Positions 25,668 through 36,783 of a DNA stretch of 64,000 bases are shown here, one piece after another; within the stretch, counting starts at the first letter, position 1, and each line of letters starts with the position of its first letter. The notes beneath the pieces are model-generated. The model had not been told where the DNA came from. It ran no database searches and saw nothing but the letters and a program-made list of their open reading frames with translations. The DNA is from Flectonema sp. DT1601 (Eukaryota). Position numbers and translations under genes: made by a program. Location: NCBI GenBank assembly GCA_964019425.1, contig OZ025786.1, forward strand, positions 1,612,001 to 1,676,000, read 5' to 3'.

Positions 25668-28137
25668 TTAACAGTATTTCGGAGAGAGGTTTCATTTTTC
25701 TTTCTTTTTTCATTTTCTTCCATCGCATAAAAGTGAACAAAAAAAAAAAAAAAAATAATCACATCTAAATTACTCGTGGCAAACAAAAAAAAAAATTGCT
25801 CCCTATTGTTAATCCTGATGTTTTCACTTGCGTGTTTTTTCTTTCTTTTCTTTGATTAGTGTGATCTCTACATTATTCCTTCTATTGTATTCACCTACTC
25901 TCACCGCCTGCTTCATGCATGTCGCCTGGCTCTGTGTTGTATTCGGTTGAGTAGAGAATACAGTACCTTCTCGATTGCTACCTTCTCGATTGCATTGTGA
26001 GATGAGATGGACTGTCGTACGATAGCTCTTCTAATATGAAGTTCACAAAGTTGCTTATCTCACACTCGCCTTTCACAACCCTTTGCTTGTTTCATCTCAA
26101 GCGTTGCCGTACTGTGTCACTAATTATCGCAAATATTAAATTATTGATATATATTTTCTTGTCGCGGTATTGTTATTTTATGTCAAAAAAAAAAAAACAA
26201 AAAAAAAGAAAAAAAAAAAAAAGATTGGCCTCCCTTTTTCTCAAATTACTATTCCGAGAGAGTAAGTGAGGGGCTCTTTTTTTTTTCTTGTTTTTTTTTT
26301 TCCCTTCCCTGCTAAAATCCCAAAATTGATATGTAGAAAAGCGTGATCTCTTTTCTTTTATCTTCCCATTCAAAAGAAAACTATACATTGATTGACAACT
26401 TTAAATAATAAGTGAAAACACTCCGATGGGTATCATTACGCTGGTTGGTTTCCCAGTTTACTGAGCACTCAATTTGCACACGCCGAGTTTTCCTTATTTA
26501 GTTTGACCCTTCGTCGCTCAATTTAAGTTTCATTTCTCGATACTTCCCTCCCCTGTTTTTACGTACAAAAATCAAACAGTTATACTCCCTTGATTCTTTT
26601 TATATTTCTTAAGTATCAACTTTTCATTTTTGTGTGTAAAGTTGATTATTCCCCACCTTTTTTTTTTCTTTTCTCCCCCCCCCTGGATTTTTCTCCCCCC
26701 CCCTAGTCACTGTATCTAAAACTAATGTTTAAATTATCGTTATGTTGTTTATGATACAATACATTTGTATTTTACGTACAAAAATCAAACAGTTAACCCC
26801 CTCTTTTTATTTAGTTAAACGCAGACTACGTCGCCCTGGATGTTAACTCCAGGAAATTTCTGCAACTTCTAGTTTTGTTCATATGTATGATGCATGTGAC
26901 CTTGTTATTATTTTTTTCTCTTCCTTTTTTTACATTCTGTGGTTGAGGCAGCAAGAGACTTCTTAACCGATTCCTGCTACACCAGATCAGTTTTATATTA
27001 TCATCTATTCTTTTAACCGAGTTTGATACTACTCAGGATATAAATACTATTGGCGATGAGATCATCTACTGAAGAATAGGTTTGTTAGATTGTTTTGCCA
27101 TTGGTTTTTTAATTTCAAAAACGTATTACCTCAGTCCTTCGGCCCAGTCCTTTGGATAAAACCATTTTATTTTTTGCACCCGACGAGGGTCGGAGAAGAA
27201 GACTATTCAGTTGTTTTCTTTTATCTATTTCCCTGTGCTACAGTATAACTGTCTGCCTCATCTGAATTGGTTTTTTTTTTTTTTTTTTTTTTAAAAAAAT
27301 TGTTTAAATTGTTTTTGAGATTTTTTCCCCACCCTTTTTCTTTGAGCTTTCCTCCCCCCCACCCACCCTTCCATTTTTTTAAAAGAATTGTTGATTTTAA
27401 GCAAGTAATTTGTAGGTGAAACCTACACTCTGCCGTATTACATTATACCCTGGTTTTGGTTTCCCAAGGCTCACGATTAATTCAAAATTGAATAACTCGA
27501 TTCCGTACTGCACTGAATGACAACACGGAAAAAGAGATGTGTATGCAGCTAAGTTAGAAACATTTGTTATAATGTAAAGTATTTACGTCAATCGCAGAGT
27601 GTATACCTACACTAACATTACCTTTAGTCAACTGTATCTCAGAACTAATGTTAAATTATCGTTATGTTGTTTTTATGATACAAAACATTTGTATTTTACG
27701 TACAAACTCGAACAGTTAACCCCCCCCACCCTTCCTTTGAAGTGTCAAATTACCAGATTCGACAACGTTTTCTGGTCTATAAGACAAAATTATAGTTATC
27801 TCTTTATATTTTTTCTTTTTCTTTTCTCTTTTTTCTAAAGGTAATTTTCTTTGATTAACAACTACAAATATTTTTCAGTCAAGTACGTGATATTAATTTT
27901 TGTTTTTCTTTAATATCTAAAGTTGTTACTCTTTTTACATTGTCAAAGTTTCACCTCCACCAATTTGTTTCCTTTTTTTCCTTGGTGTAATTCCTTCTCT
28001 TGCAACAGTTTTAACCACAACTAAAAGTAAAGGAGAAGAACATTAAGAACATGACAGGGCTGAAGAACAGTTCCCTAATTTTGGTCCGACGTCTGAAGAT
28101 TATTTATTCTCACTTTCATAGCTAACACAACCACGAC

Positions 28138-28806
28138 ATGTCAAGTACTTGGAGAACTCCTGCAGAGAACTTCGATTCAACGAAGGGATTGATAGTGCAG
28201 ATTAGATCGTCTACAAGTGGGAGGACGAGATATGTCGTTACAACGGAAAGAGTGAACGAGTTCTCGGAAAAGGAGAACCAAAGGAATTGTGTCCTGGAAC
28301 GAAAGTCGACATACTTTCGGTTTTCTGTTCCATTGGGTGAGAAGATATCCATAATTGATCGACTTGATAGTGAACTAAGAACACGCAAACTCCGCGGCCG
28401 TGTGGTTAAAATTCAGGAGAAGGACAGGGTAGCTGTCCTCCTGACAATTGTAAATATGAAAGAATTCACTTTCGCTACACAACATTCACAGCAAATGTTC
28501 CGCTACGCACTCGATCAGGGAATGTGTGCGCAGGTTGCTCAAAAGAGCAGATTGTACAGGCACAAAAAAAGCTTTCACCTTCCGAAAACAGGTGCGAAAA
28601 AACTTGCGTCACATTTCACTCATGATCCGTACAAAGTTGCACCTTCCGAACAACCCCTTACTTTTCAAACTAACCAAGGTTCGCATTACTTGGAATCTCA
28701 CTATGGCGAGTTTCTACAGCCTTTACCGCTGTATAATTCATGGGATTCTTATTATTGGTATCAGGTGCAACAACATGCGCTCTTCTCGCACTGCCTTGCT
28801 TGTTAA
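28138..28806 (+). CDS. 'RTP' family protein, subtype U (MSSTWRTP), containing FTHDPY
   Basis: Intact 222-aa ORF after CTTTCATAG. Close paralogue at 36124. Confidence 0.75.
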   Translation: MSSTWRTPAENFDSTKGLIVQIRSSTSGRTRYVVTTERVNEFSEKENQRNCVLERKSTYFRFSVPLGEKISIIDRLDSELRTRKLRGRVVKIQEKDRVAVLLTIVNMKEFTFATQHSQQMFRYALDQGMCAQVAQKSRLYRHKKSFHLPKTGAKKLASHFTHDPYKVAPSEQPLTFQTNQGSHYLESHYGEFLQPLPLYNSWDSYYWYQVQQHALFSHCLAC

Positions 28807-29101
28807 GGCGACACGCAGAACTGTTTTCGCAAAACAAGCGTGCGTTCGTTAAGGGAATTAAGGTCCCATTTCGTGTATTTTTAATTTATTTCCTTTCTTT
28901 TTTTTTCTCTTTTATTAGTAGACTCATTCAGCAGAGAGTTATTTACCTTTTCTCTTCCCTTACTAAACCGTAAGGATAAAACTACCGTATTTGACGTAAA
29001 CCCTGATTTATGGATTGAGCGCTGTTCGACTCAAAGACTGTCGTCTGCTTCAAGCCATTTCTCACGGTCTGAGAGCGGCACACACTTCGTGATGTGCTGC
29101 C

Positions 29102-29247
29102 GTGGTGATATTCGTGGAGTACCTACGAAAACACCAGAGACGTAATCTAATCATGCTACAGTGCACAACGGCTAAAGCCGTTGTGCACTGTAGCATGATT
29201 AGATTACGTCTCTGGGGTTTTCGTAGGTACTCAACGAATATCACCAC
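29102..29247. repeat. Inverted repeat (71-bp arms, TAAA loop) downstream of an RTP gene
   Basis: Arms 29102-29172 and 29177-29247 are complementary except for two mismatches. Confidence 0.95.
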
Positions 29248-29550
29248 CAACTGTTTGGTTTCCTCCTATGATTACCTGATCCTTTTGTTTTTCATTTCTT
29301 GCGGAGTGATATGGCTATGTGCTGCCCAATTTTTGTGGTACATTTCTAAAGCTTTTCGGTAAGCCCACAGTACAATTGCGATGCTTTGGACAACTGGGGG
29401 TGAACGATCCTCGGTACTGTTCCGGGGTTTTCTATTTTCTTTCGTGGAGTGTGGGCATATGGCACAGTCGTATATTATAAAGAAAGATGCATATAGGAGG
29501 AAAGAATTTTTTTTCTTTTTCTTTTATTTTTTTTTTTCACCTTCCCCCCC

Positions 29551-29799
29551 GTGAGACTCCAAGACTCTCGTCGCTTCAAGCCCCCTCGTTTCTCAGAACA
29601 GCGCGCGCTTTGTAATGCGTCGCCCGAAGTGCTGATGCAGTTGCCAGGTGGTAATGTTCTCGCAAGTCGAAGTCCTCGACTTGCGAGAACATTACCACCT
29701 AGCAACTGCATCAGCACTTCGGGCGGCGCATTACAAAGCGCGCGCTGTTCTGAGAAACGCGGGAGAGGGCTTGAAGCGACGAGAGTCTTGGAGTCTCAC
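29551..29799. repeat. GC-rich long palindrome, copy 1 (left arm truncated, flank inverted relative to copies 2 and 3)
   Basis: Arms surround an AGTCC loop. The right flank 29817-29918 is the reverse complement of 33565-33666. Confidence 0.95.
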
Positions 29800-29937
29800 A
29801 CCATGCGATGTGCCTCACTTCTAACGCCTCCGAGTCGCTCAACACAGCGTGTTGAAAGAGATCTGCTGTTCTGTATAAGACTATACTACTTAGTTAGTTA
29901 AACGTTACTGTATATTATCTTAACTCTTTCTACACTT

Positions 29938-30499
29938 CAATCACGCACGTTGGTGTAGTATCGTATTTTGGAAACCCTCAAGTTGCTGTTAGTTAAGCAA
30001 TGATGAGATTCCGCCTCAGTTCCTTCCTCAAGCGTATTACCAGCAACTGGAACACCCTTTCGTATCACATTAAATCCTCTCTTGTTCATTCAAATAAAGA
30101 AAAAATACCATAAAACTGAAAAAAAAGAAGGGGAGGGAATGCAACTGGGAACAAACCTTACAGCACTGTTCGTTGCTGTAAGGTTTTTTCGGCTACCAAC
30201 TTATTAATAACCAATTGAGTGGCTTAGCAATCCTTGTGTAGCAACAGTGTTTCTTTTCTTTTTTGCTTTTCCCTTTTTTTTTGCAACAATTGAAAAAAAA
30301 ACAAAAAAGTGGAAAAACGGTGTGTTTTTTCCCGAAAAAAAAACCAACACCTGAGAATTTTAGTCTAGTAAAATATTTTCATCGCGCACGTTGGTGTAGT
30401 ATCGTATTTTGTGAAACCCTCAAGTTGCTGTTAGTTAAGCAATGATGAGATTCCGCCTCAGTTCCTTCCTCAAGCGTATTACCAGCAACTGGAACACCC
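29938..30499 (+). ncRNA. Candidate structured-RNA cluster B-A-B upstream of an RTP gene
   Basis: ~120-nt unit B at 29938-30057 and 30379-30499, and ~85-nt hairpin A at 30164-30249, separated by A/T homopolymer spacers. Confidence 0.4.
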
Positions 30500-30658
30500 T
30501 CCCTCTCTCTTTTTATTTTATTTTCTTGCTTTCGACGTATTCGTATTGATGATAACTTCCTCTCTTACAGTACAAAAATATATAATGAGATACCGTGACG
30601 TTTGTGGTTAAAGTCATGCAGATGTTATTTCTCACGTTTCAAGTTTTAAACTACAAAA

Positions 30659-31471
30659 ATGAGCTTGTGGAGGACCCCATCGGACAAGTTCCCCATAACG
30701 TTTCCAGAAAACTGTAGTTGGAGACTCGTGCAAAGTCGGCTTTCCAGAAGCAAGATTAAAGCGTACTACACGACAGACGCAAAGGTAAACGATCATTCAG
30801 AGGAGGAAAGTCAGGAAGAAAATGTCAAAGACAGGGAATCATCGATTTTGAGATTCTACGCGCAGCATAGAAACGCCTCGCAAATAGGCCAAGTTAAAAA
30901 TGAGATAATAAGGAATCTACAGGGACTGGTAAACAACTTACAACAGAAATGTAGAATTATTAAAGTAGTAGAGAATGACAGGGTAGCTGTGTACTTCACA
31001 CCCAATAATGTAGTTCCAACAACCTATGTGGGATGGCAACAAGTTCTAAGCAGAACTATTGGTTGGAAGACTTCAGCAGGGGATCCCATTTGCGTTCAAC
31101 TTTCGAAAAAGAAAAATATGTACGCAAACAATGTGGCAGGAACCCAAACAATGTATCCCACATCTCTTGTCTACTCTGGAATGTGTGCACAAGTTGCTCT
31201 AAAGAGCAAATTGCACGAACACGAGAAATCCTTTAACCTTCCGAAAACAGGTGCGAAAAAACTTGCACATTTCACTCATGATCCGTACAAGGTTGCACCT
31301 TGTACGGATTGCGAACAACCTCTTAATTTTGAAACTAACCAAGGTTCGCATTACTTGGAATCTCACTATGGCGAGTTTCTACAGCCTTTACCGCTGTATA
31401 ATTCATGGGATTCTTATTATTGGTATCAGGTGCAACAACATGCGCTCTTCTCGCACTGCCTTGCTTGTTAA
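30659..31471 (+). CDS. Chimeric 'RTP' family protein (subtype S N-terminus fused to subtype U C-terminus)
   Basis: 30659-31177 matches 38590-39108. From 31178 the sequence matches the GMCAQVA...FTHDPY...HCLAC tail of 28138/36124. The fusion is in frame. Confidence 0.75.
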   Translation: MSLWRTPSDKFPITFPENCSWRLVQSRLSRSKIKAYYTTDAKVNDHSEEESQEENVKDRESSILRFYAQHRNASQIGQVKNEIIRNLQGLVNNLQQKCRIIKVVENDRVAVYFTPNNVVPTTYVGWQQVLSRTIGWKTSAGDPICVQLSKKKNMYANNVAGTQTMYPTSLVYSGMCAQVALKSKLHEHEKSFNLPKTGAKKLAHFTHDPYKVAPCTDCEQPLNFETNQGSHYLESHYGEFLQPLPLYNSWDSYYWYQVQQHALFSHCLAC

Positions 31472-31760
31472 GGCGAACTGTTTTCGCAAAACAAGCGTGC
31501 GTTAAGGGAATTAAGGTCCCATTTCGTGTATTTTTAATTTATTTCCTTTCTTTTTTTTTTCTTTTATTAGTAGACTCATTCAGCAGAGAGTTATTTACCT
31601 TTTCTCTTCCCTTACTAAACCGTAAGGATAAAACTTGTAATTTTTGTATTTGACGTAAACCCTGATTTATGGATTGAGCGCTGTTCGACTCAAAGACTGT
31701 CGTCTGCTTCAAGCCATTTCTCACGGTCTGAGAGCGGCACACACTTCGTGATGTGCTGCC

Positions 31761-31906
31761 GTGGTGATATTCTCAGAGTACCTACGAAAACCCCAGAGAC
31801 GTAATCTAATCATGCTACAGTGCACAACGGCTAAAGCCGTTGTGCACTGTAGCATGATTAGATTGGGTCTCTGGTGTTTTCGTAGGTACTCCACGAATAT
31901 CACCAC
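31761..31906. repeat. Inverted repeat (71-bp arms, TAAA loop), copy 2
   Basis: Homologous to 29102-29247, inside the duplicated block 28519-29550 / 31178-32210. Confidence 0.95.
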
Positions 31907-32422
31907 CAACTGTTTGGTTTCCTCCTATGATTATCTGATCCTTTTGTTTTTCATTTCTTGCGGAGTGATATGGCTATGTGCTGCCCAATTTTTGTGGTAC
32001 ATTTCTAAAGCTTTTCGGTAAGCCCACAGTACAATTGCGATGCTTTGGACAACTGGGGGTGAACGATCCTCGGTACTGTTCCGGGGTTTTCTATTTTCTT
32101 TCGTGGAGTGTGGGCATATGGCACAGTCGTATATTATAAAGAAAGATGCATATAGGAGGAAAGAATTTTTTTTCTTTTTCTTTTTTTTTTTTTTTCACCT
32201 TCCCCCCCCCCCCCACTCCCCCGTTCAATTCTCTTTTATCTTCTTTAGTTGTTTACAACCTGTTAGCCTCTGGGGCAAGGTGGAAACTGGAAGACGATCA
32301 CTTCCAGCCGAGCAAAAAAGATTAAAGAATCCCTAGGAAACTGCAGAAATGAATACTTTTCTTTTACTATTTTTATTCTCACTTTTCTATACTAAATTTA
32401 ATGATACTAACTAACAACTAAG

Positions 32423-33594
32423 GGCAAACGCGATGAGTAGGACAGGCCTGACATCGCAGTGTCCCCCTTGCTTTGTAAGGCCTGAAACTACCATAGTTTC
32501 TAACTAACTTCAGTATTATGGAACAGCAGAACAATGTGTTTTTATAATTTTTCCTTTTTATATGATGGATGTCAAAAGTCTGGTACCGTTTTGGTCAACG
32601 GTAAACTGTGGGCATGTACAACTCAATCGAACCCTGAAACATGCCCCAAAAAATTCAATTCCGGGTGTGGGATCTCACTTTACTCGTAATACTTGTAAAA
32701 AAAAAAAAAATCCTGCATTTTTTGCTTGTAGCCTGTAACAAAGCTGTTACAGAGAACCCCAAGCATAACAAAATCAAAACATGACCACAAAAGCGATAAT
32801 TGAGCAACTGCAATTACTGATTGACAAGATGGGAGACCTGCCGAAGTGGAGTGACAGGAAAGAGTCCAATGGGAGTTCAAAAACCTTGGAAGGTAAACGT
32901 GCAAAACTGCTAGAATGCCTTTCTGGGGGTGGTGATGTTACTGCCATGCCCCTGAGGGTTGTGGGAATAGCAGTGCTGTGGAATGGTGTCAATTGTCCCT
33001 TCAGTAGTAAATGACACAATTGTGAGCATGGAAACGGGTGACAGCGCGAGAAGTGTCTAGAAGAAAAGGATGGAAGTTAAGCTTTCTAGAGGAAGTTGGG
33101 CTAAAAATAGGCAGAAAGGCCTGGGATGCTAGAATCCACGTGCCCATAAGTATAAGAACCAATGAAGATCTTCCTGAAGTTGTGCAGTCAAGTGAGAACG
33201 AGCTCGAGGCAGCCTCGTCCGACTTCAATGGTATCAAAAAGTCAACGTGGTGAGACTGTTACGTTGCAGGGTGTCCTTGGGGGACATTTAAATCTATCTA
33301 TAAAGTCAGCAGTATTCGAAATCTGATATCAGAATCTACATACCATCGTATGCGTGGGAATGAATATCATCACCTTGTGCTGTGAACTGATGTCTGCTCC
33401 TACTGCCGTGTGGATAGACAATTAGAAAGAAACTGTCAAAACTACTTAGCAAGTGTTGAGTGACAGAATGGTTACTCATTAACCGTTTGGAATGCTGCAC
33501 ATGCCAGTGCGCTGACAATGGTGTTCAGTAAGGGTGATAGCAGCTGGTGTACGACCAGCTGCTCATAATATACAGTAACGTTTAACTAACTAAG
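32423..33594 (+). mobile_element. Decayed retroelement-like relic ending in a stem-loop, CTCATAATATACAGTAACG and a (TAAC)n tail
   Basis: Higher GC with broken ORFs at 32781 and 33038. The 5' motif is shared with 7700-7740 and the 3' motif with the satellite inserts. Confidence 0.4.
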
Positions 33595-33666
33595 TAGTAT
33601 AGTCTTATACAGAACAGCAGATCTCTTTCAACACGCTGTGTTGAGCGACTCGGAGGCGTTAGAAGT

Positions 33667-33953
33667 GAGGCACATCGCATGGTGTGAGACTCCAAGACTC
33701 TCGTCGCTTCAAGCCCCCTCCCGCGTTTCTCAGAACAGCGCGCGCTTTGTAATGCGCCGCCCGAAGTGCTGATGCAGTTGCCAGGTGGTAATGTTCTCGC
33801 AAGTCGAAGTCCTCGACTTGCGAGAACATTACCACCTGGCAACTGCATCAGCACTTCGGGCGGCGCATTACAAAGCGCGCGCTGTTCTGAGAAACGCGGG
33901 AGAGGGCTTGAAGCGACGAGAGTCTTGGAGTCTCACACCATGCGATGTGCCTC
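33667..33953. repeat. GC-rich 287-bp palindrome, copy 2 (141-bp arms, AGTCC loop, one mismatch)
   Basis: 33667-33807 is the reverse complement of 33813-33953. Confidence 0.95.
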
Positions 33954-34189
33954 GCGCATCTAATGAGAAATGTGAGTCAACAGTGCTCCTTGCCGAAACG
34001 GGAAGCCCAATAGCCTGGTGTTGAAAATAGCAACTTCTGTTATCACCACTGTCAATATCGGTTGAAGCAAATTCAACAATCTATGCTGAGTGTCCGGAAA
34101 TGGTTACAGATTGAGTCCTCTGTTGCTGTGAGTTACCCCTCCTGGAGCACTCATAATATACAGTTGAGCGACTCGGAGGCGTTAGAAGT

Positions 34190-34472
34190 GAGGCACATCG
34201 CATGGTGTGAGACTCCAAGACTCTCGTCGCTTCAAGCCCCCTCCCGCGTTTCTCAGAACAGCGCGCGCTTTGTAATGCGCCGCCCGAAGTGCTGATGCAG
34301 TTGCCAGGTGGTAATGTTCTCGCAAGTCGAAGTCCTCGACTTGCGAGAACATTACCACCTAGCAACTGCATCAGCACTTCGGGCGGCGCATTACAAAGCG
34401 CGCGCTGTTCTGAGAAACGAGGGGGCTTGAAGCGACGAGAGTCTTGGAGTCTCACACCATGTGATGTGCCTC
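34190..34472. repeat. GC-rich palindrome, copy 3 (tandem duplicate of copy 2 with flanks)
   Basis: Same arms and loop. The right arm has a 4-nt deletion and a few substitutions. Confidence 0.95.
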
Positions 34473-34611
34473 GCGCATCTAATGAGAAATATGAGTCAAC
34501 AGTGCTCCTTGCCGAAACGGGAAGCCCAATAGCCTGGTGTTGAAAATAGCAACTTCCGTCACCACCACTGTCAATATCGAGCTCTCTTCGGTTGAAGCTA
34601 GTAAAATATTT

Positions 34612-35504
34612 TCATCGCGCACGTTGGTGTAGTATCGTATTTTGGAAACCCTCAAGTTGCTGTTAGTTAAGCAATGCTGAGATTCCGCCTCAGTTCCTTC
34701 CTCAAGCGTATTGACACCTTTTTATTATCCAATTGGGTGGCTTAGCAATCCTTGTGTAGCAACAGTATTCTTCTTTTTGCTTTTTTTCTTTTTTGCTTTT
34801 CCCTTTTTTTGCCAACAATAATTGAAAAAAAACAAAACAAAACAAAAAAAAACAAAAGAAAAACGGTGTGTTTTTTCCCGAAAAAAAAAAAAAACCTTTA
34901 TTCTTTTTTTAATAAAATATTTTCTTAACTCTTTCTACACTTTCATCGCGCACGTTGGTGTAGTATCGTATTTTGTGAAACCCTCAAGTTGCTGTTAGTT
35001 AAGCAATGATGAGATTCCACCTCAGTTCCTTCCTCAAGCGTATTACCAGCAACTGGAACACCCTTTCGTATCACATTAAATCCTCTCTTGTTCATTCAAA
35101 TAAAGAAAAAATACCATAAAAACTGAAAAAAAAGAAGGGGGGGGGAATGCAACTGGGAACAAACCTTACAGCACTGTTCGTTGCTGTAAGGTTTTTTCGG
35201 CTACCAACTTATTAATAACCAATTGAGTGGCTTAGCAATCCTTGTGTAGCAACAGTGTTTCTTTTCTTTTTTGCTTTTCCCTTTTTTTGCAACAATTGAA
35301 GAAAAACAAAAAAGTGGAAAAACGGTGTGTTTTTTCCCGAAAAAAAAACCAACACCTGAGAATTTTAGTCTAGTAAAATATTTTCATCGCGCACGTTGGT
35401 GTAGTATCGTATTTTGTGAAACCCTCAAGTTGCTGTTAGTTAAGCAATGATGAGATTCCGCCTCAGTTCCTTCTTCAAGCGTATTACCAGCAACTGGAAC
35501 ACCC
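34612..35504 (+). ncRNA. Candidate structured-RNA cluster (partial B, partial A, B, A, B)
   Basis: Unit B at 34612-34712 (partial), 34943-35063 and 35384-35504. Hairpin A at 35172-35257, with its 3' arm alone at ~34728-34766. Confidence 0.4.
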
Positions 35505-35669
35505 TCCCTCTCTCTTTTTATTTTATTTTCTTGCTTTCAGAATTGACGTATTCGTATTGATGATAACTTCCTCTCTAACAGTACAAAAATATATAATGAG
35601 ATACCGTGACGTTTGTGGTTAAAGTCATGCAGATGTTATTTCTCACGTTTCAGGTTTTAAACTACAAAA

Positions 35670-35895
35670 ATGAGCTTGTGGAGGACCCCATCGGACAAGT
35701 TCCCCATAACGTTTCCAGAAAACTGTAGTTGGAGACTCGTGCAAAGTCGGCTTTCCAAAAGCAAGACTAAAGCGTACTACACTACAGACGCAAAGGTAAA
35801 CGATCATTCAGAGGAGGAAAGTCAGGAAGAAAATGTCAAAGACAGGGAATCATCGATTTTGAGATTCTACGCGCAGCATAGAAGCGCCTCGCAAT
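35670..35895 (+). pseudogene. 3'-truncated subtype S 'RTP' gene
   Basis: Matches 38590 for ~75 codons. After a short filler it runs into the upstream region of the 36124 gene (homologous to ~27986-28137). Confidence 0.7.
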
Positions 35896-36123
35896 CAAAA
35901 CTAATTAGCGATGAGATAATAAGTTCAAGTTACCAAGATATAATTCTAATCCTTTGTTTCTCTTTTTTTTGTGTAATTCCTTCTCTTGCAACAGTTTTAA
36001 CCACAACTAAAAGTAAAGGAGAAGAACATTAAGAACATGACAGGGCTGAAGAACAGTTCCCTAATTTTGGTCCGACGTCTGAAGATTATTTATTCTCACT
36101 TTCATAGCTAACACAACCACGAC

Positions 36124-36783
36124 ATGTCAAGTACTTGGAGAACTCCTGCAGAGAACTTCGATTCAACGAAGGGATTGATAGTGCAGATTAGATCGTCTAC
36201 AAGTGGGAGGACGAGATATGTCGTTACAACGGAAAGAGTGAACGAGTTCTCGGAAAAGGAGAACCAAAGGAATTGTGTCCTGGAACGAAAGTCGACATAC
36301 TTTCGGTTTTCTGTTCCATTGGGTGAGATGATATCCATAATTGATCGACTTGATAGTGAACTAAGAACACGCAAACTCCGCGGCCGTGTGGTTAAAATTC
36401 AGGAGAAGGACAGGGTAGCTGTCCTCCTGACAATTGAAAATATGAAAGAAGTTACTTTCGATACAAATATTGCACAGCAAATGTTCCTGTTCGCACTCGG
36501 TCAGGGAATGTGTGCACAAGTTGCTCAAAAGAGCAGATTGTACAAACACGAGAAATCCTTTAACCTTCCGAAAACAGGTGCGAAAAAACTTGCACATTTC
36601 ACTCATGATCCGTACAAAGTTGCACCTTCCGAACCTCTTACTTTTCAAACTAACCAAGGTTCGCATTACTTGGAATCTCACTATGGCGAGTTTCTACAGC
36701 CTTTACCGCTGTATAATTCATGGGATTCTTATTGGTATCAGGTGCAACAACATGCGCTCTTCTCGCACTGCCTTGCTTGTTAA
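36124..36783 (+). CDS. 'RTP' family protein, subtype U, containing FTHDPY
   Basis: Intact 219-aa paralogue of 28138. Confidence 0.75.
   Translation: MSSTWRTPAENFDSTKGLIVQIRSSTSGRTRYVVTTERVNEFSEKENQRNCVLERKSTYFRFSVPLGEMISIIDRLDSELRTRKLRGRVVKIQEKDRVAVLLTIENMKEVTFDTNIAQQMFLFALGQGMCAQVAQKSRLYKHEKSFNLPKTGAKKLAHFTHDPYKVAPSEPLTFQTNQGSHYLESHYGEFLQPLPLYNSWDSYWYQVQQHALFSHCLAC

Noticed and set aside
29890..29918. AACGTTACTGTATATTAT as a spliced-leader exon remnant
   Set aside because: Only loosely like the kinetoplastid/diplonemid leader 3' end, with no matching 5' part or GT donor. It is better explained as the reverse complement of the element's 3' motif.
29475..34543. Short ORFs on both strands across the palindromes (MLMQLPGGNV..., MVIFVEYL...)
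   Set aside because: Mirror-image products of inverted repeats with no recognisable domain.
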